Positions 61,957 through 64,000 of a stretch of DNA of 64,000 nucleotides are shown one piece after another (positions within the stretch are counted from its first letter, which is position 1; each line of letters starts with the position of its first letter). The notes under the pieces were generated by a model. That model was not told the DNA's origin, searched no databases, and was given only the letters and a program-made list of their open reading frames with translations. This DNA is from Perna viridis (lineage: Eukaryota), in NCBI GenBank assembly GCA_037379345.1, contig CM074515.1, forward strand, positions 24,056,001 through 24,120,000, read 5' to 3'. The position numbers and the translations under genes were made by a program.

Positions 61957-62740
61957 CTGAAAAGACGTTTTTTTTAAAGTTAAAATTAAAAATGTATAAT
62001 GAAAATGTAATTTCAATTGGACCCAGTGTGGTTTGTAGTACATAAAATAGATGCAGTTAAAGGTAATTCCCTAGCTTCAGTATCGATAAAAGGCAAGAAT
62101 ATAACGTTTTTAATAGTTTCATTGTTTATTTTTTTTTCTAGATATCGATGCATCTATACTTAGCAGTAAAGTTGATTAAAATTAAAGTATTCAAGTGATT
62201 TCTACAAAATTCCTTCGATGTGCTTTGTGAATGATATTTTTGTCAAGAACCTATATCGGATCGAGAAGCTATTTAGTCGACTTACCTATTGCATAACAAT
62301 AAAACGTATCTCAATTTAATATATGAGATTTTATGTCATAATATGTTCAACGATATAACATGTTTACCTAATTATCGATGTCGGGATAATATGTTTTGTT
62401 TTGTCTTTGGTATTGAGAACCAGGCTTGCCCCATTAATTTCACGTGACAGGAACCGTGATGAAATTATTATCAAAACAAATGCGAAGTATAACAGAATAC
62501 AAATGAAATATTTGATGAAATGGCATATGAATATCGGCAAAAAAAAACCAAACAAACAAAAATCAAAAACCAAACAAACTTAAAAACGGGATGTAGGAAC
62601 TACACCAACAAAAAATAAAAAACAAACAAAAAAAAAAAAAAAACAAAAAAAAAAAACAAAAAAAAAAAACCATGATATTTTGATTATGTCTTTGAGAGAG
62701 ACCCCAACGTTTATTGTATGTATAACTGACATTAAATTAA

Positions 62741-62888
62741 GAAATAAATCACGGAAACCTTATGTTATCATTGTTTTACCACGGGCTGACAATTTTTGTT
62801 GCATTGTTTTACCCGAGGGCTATTGAAGAATTAAATAACGATATAAATGGCCAGGCCGTGGTAAAATAATGATACAATGATTTATTTC
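62741..62888. repeat. Imperfect inverted repeat (probable transposon remnant)
   Basis: gaaataaatc...tatcattgttttaccacgg versus ccgtggtaaaataatgatac...gatttatttc. Confidence 0.55.
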
Positions 62889-64000
62889 GATTCTGATAGG
62901 AGTAGTTTCTTTATATTTTTGGATAGACACAGCCTGTGTGTTTCACGGTATGTTGCTCATTTGTTCATCACTTTTTTACCATGGCTGTGATCTAAAGAGC
63001 TTTAAAGCACGTCATATTAGAATTGTTATTCCTTCCCATTCCCTTACATAATGACGTAACATAGTTCTGATTACTTCAACAGGTCAACAGAGTTATCATG
63101 TTCCATTTTCATGTAAAATCTATTGATAATCCTAAAAGTGCAACAAACAATGAAGACACTTAAAGAGGCGAAACAAATTGTTAACTATATGTAAAATATA
63201 TAAATCAACATACCGACTAATATTTCTTTTAGAAGAAACATTCTGCTCGTAACCCTTTTTCAAACTTTAGTAAACTAGTTGACTTCTGCCTTATCTTTGT
63301 TATGAAACAAATTTTACCTGTAGCGTAACTATTATTTATTCAAAATCTACACATCACGAAAGTCGGATCCGATTCCATTACAACTTTGATCTATACATCC
63401 GAGCGTTGGCCCAGTTTGATAAATAATCAAATGGTATGGTCGAAAGTGTTATAATTGAATAGTCAGACATAAAAAAAACTGATAACTAGACTAAAAACAG
63501 CGATTTAAATCAAGATTTCCTCATTATCCTTTTCGTAATAGTGACATCAAAATACTTAATCCTTCATTTAATTATATATAGATCTCAATTCCAAATGTAA
63601 ACTGCTGCCAAATAAATGTTTAAGTACAACTCCAGCTAAGAATCATGCAAAATGTAATTCATGGGTGAAAAGCCTACATATTTTTATATTTGATATTTTG
63701 TTTGAAATGCTACAGAAATTAACATTTGGTTTTTCATATAACCCATGCTCTTAGGAGATAAAAATTATATAGAATGCACTGTAGATTTCAAAATTAAGGG
63801 AGATAACTCTGTAAATGACACTCAAATACAATATAATCTATTGGATTTTCTATGTTGATTATCTCCTTAGAGAATTCAGATTTGAATGAATAATTACATA
63901 TTTCATAATATAGACCCATAAATCAACTTCATATCAAAAATAAAAATATGTAACCTTTTTTGACGTGTATCACATTTTACAGAGTTTGCATGATTCTTAG

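Overview
AT-rich, intron-containing animal genomic DNA; the repeat families suggest a bivalve mollusc (inference). Most entries in the six-frame ORF track are spurious, so genes were rebuilt by hand from GT-AG sites and reading frame. (1) A 3-exon claudin/PMP22-superfamily tetraspan gene (-, 201 aa) inside a sharply CpG-depleted domain. (2) A 14-exon type I membrane receptor (-, about 874 aa): SP-Ig-Ig-FA58C/discoidin-Ig-Ig-Ig-Ig-TM, with a tail carrying YxxM, ITIM-like and LPPPP motifs. (3) Divergently oriented, a class C GPCR with 7 coding exons and no ectodomain (GPR156-like, +, about 584 aa). (4) Three tandem paralogs of a secreted Kazal-mucin-Kazal gene (-), one intact and two apparently incomplete; all Kazal domains are split at the same phase-2 intron. 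Repeats include a CR1/L2 LINE, several Penelope-like element (PLE) fragments and their 3' tails, tRNA-Leu-like SINEs, a Helentron/pearl-like element, several MITEs, minisatellites and an 880-bp duplication. The most notable non-coding signal is two families of short dispersed repeats that fold into a circularly permuted (type P5) twister-ribozyme core, with pairing conserved despite different stem sequences. There is also a minimal hammerhead next to a PLE tail and a young TSD-flanked element with a structured non-tRNA head.
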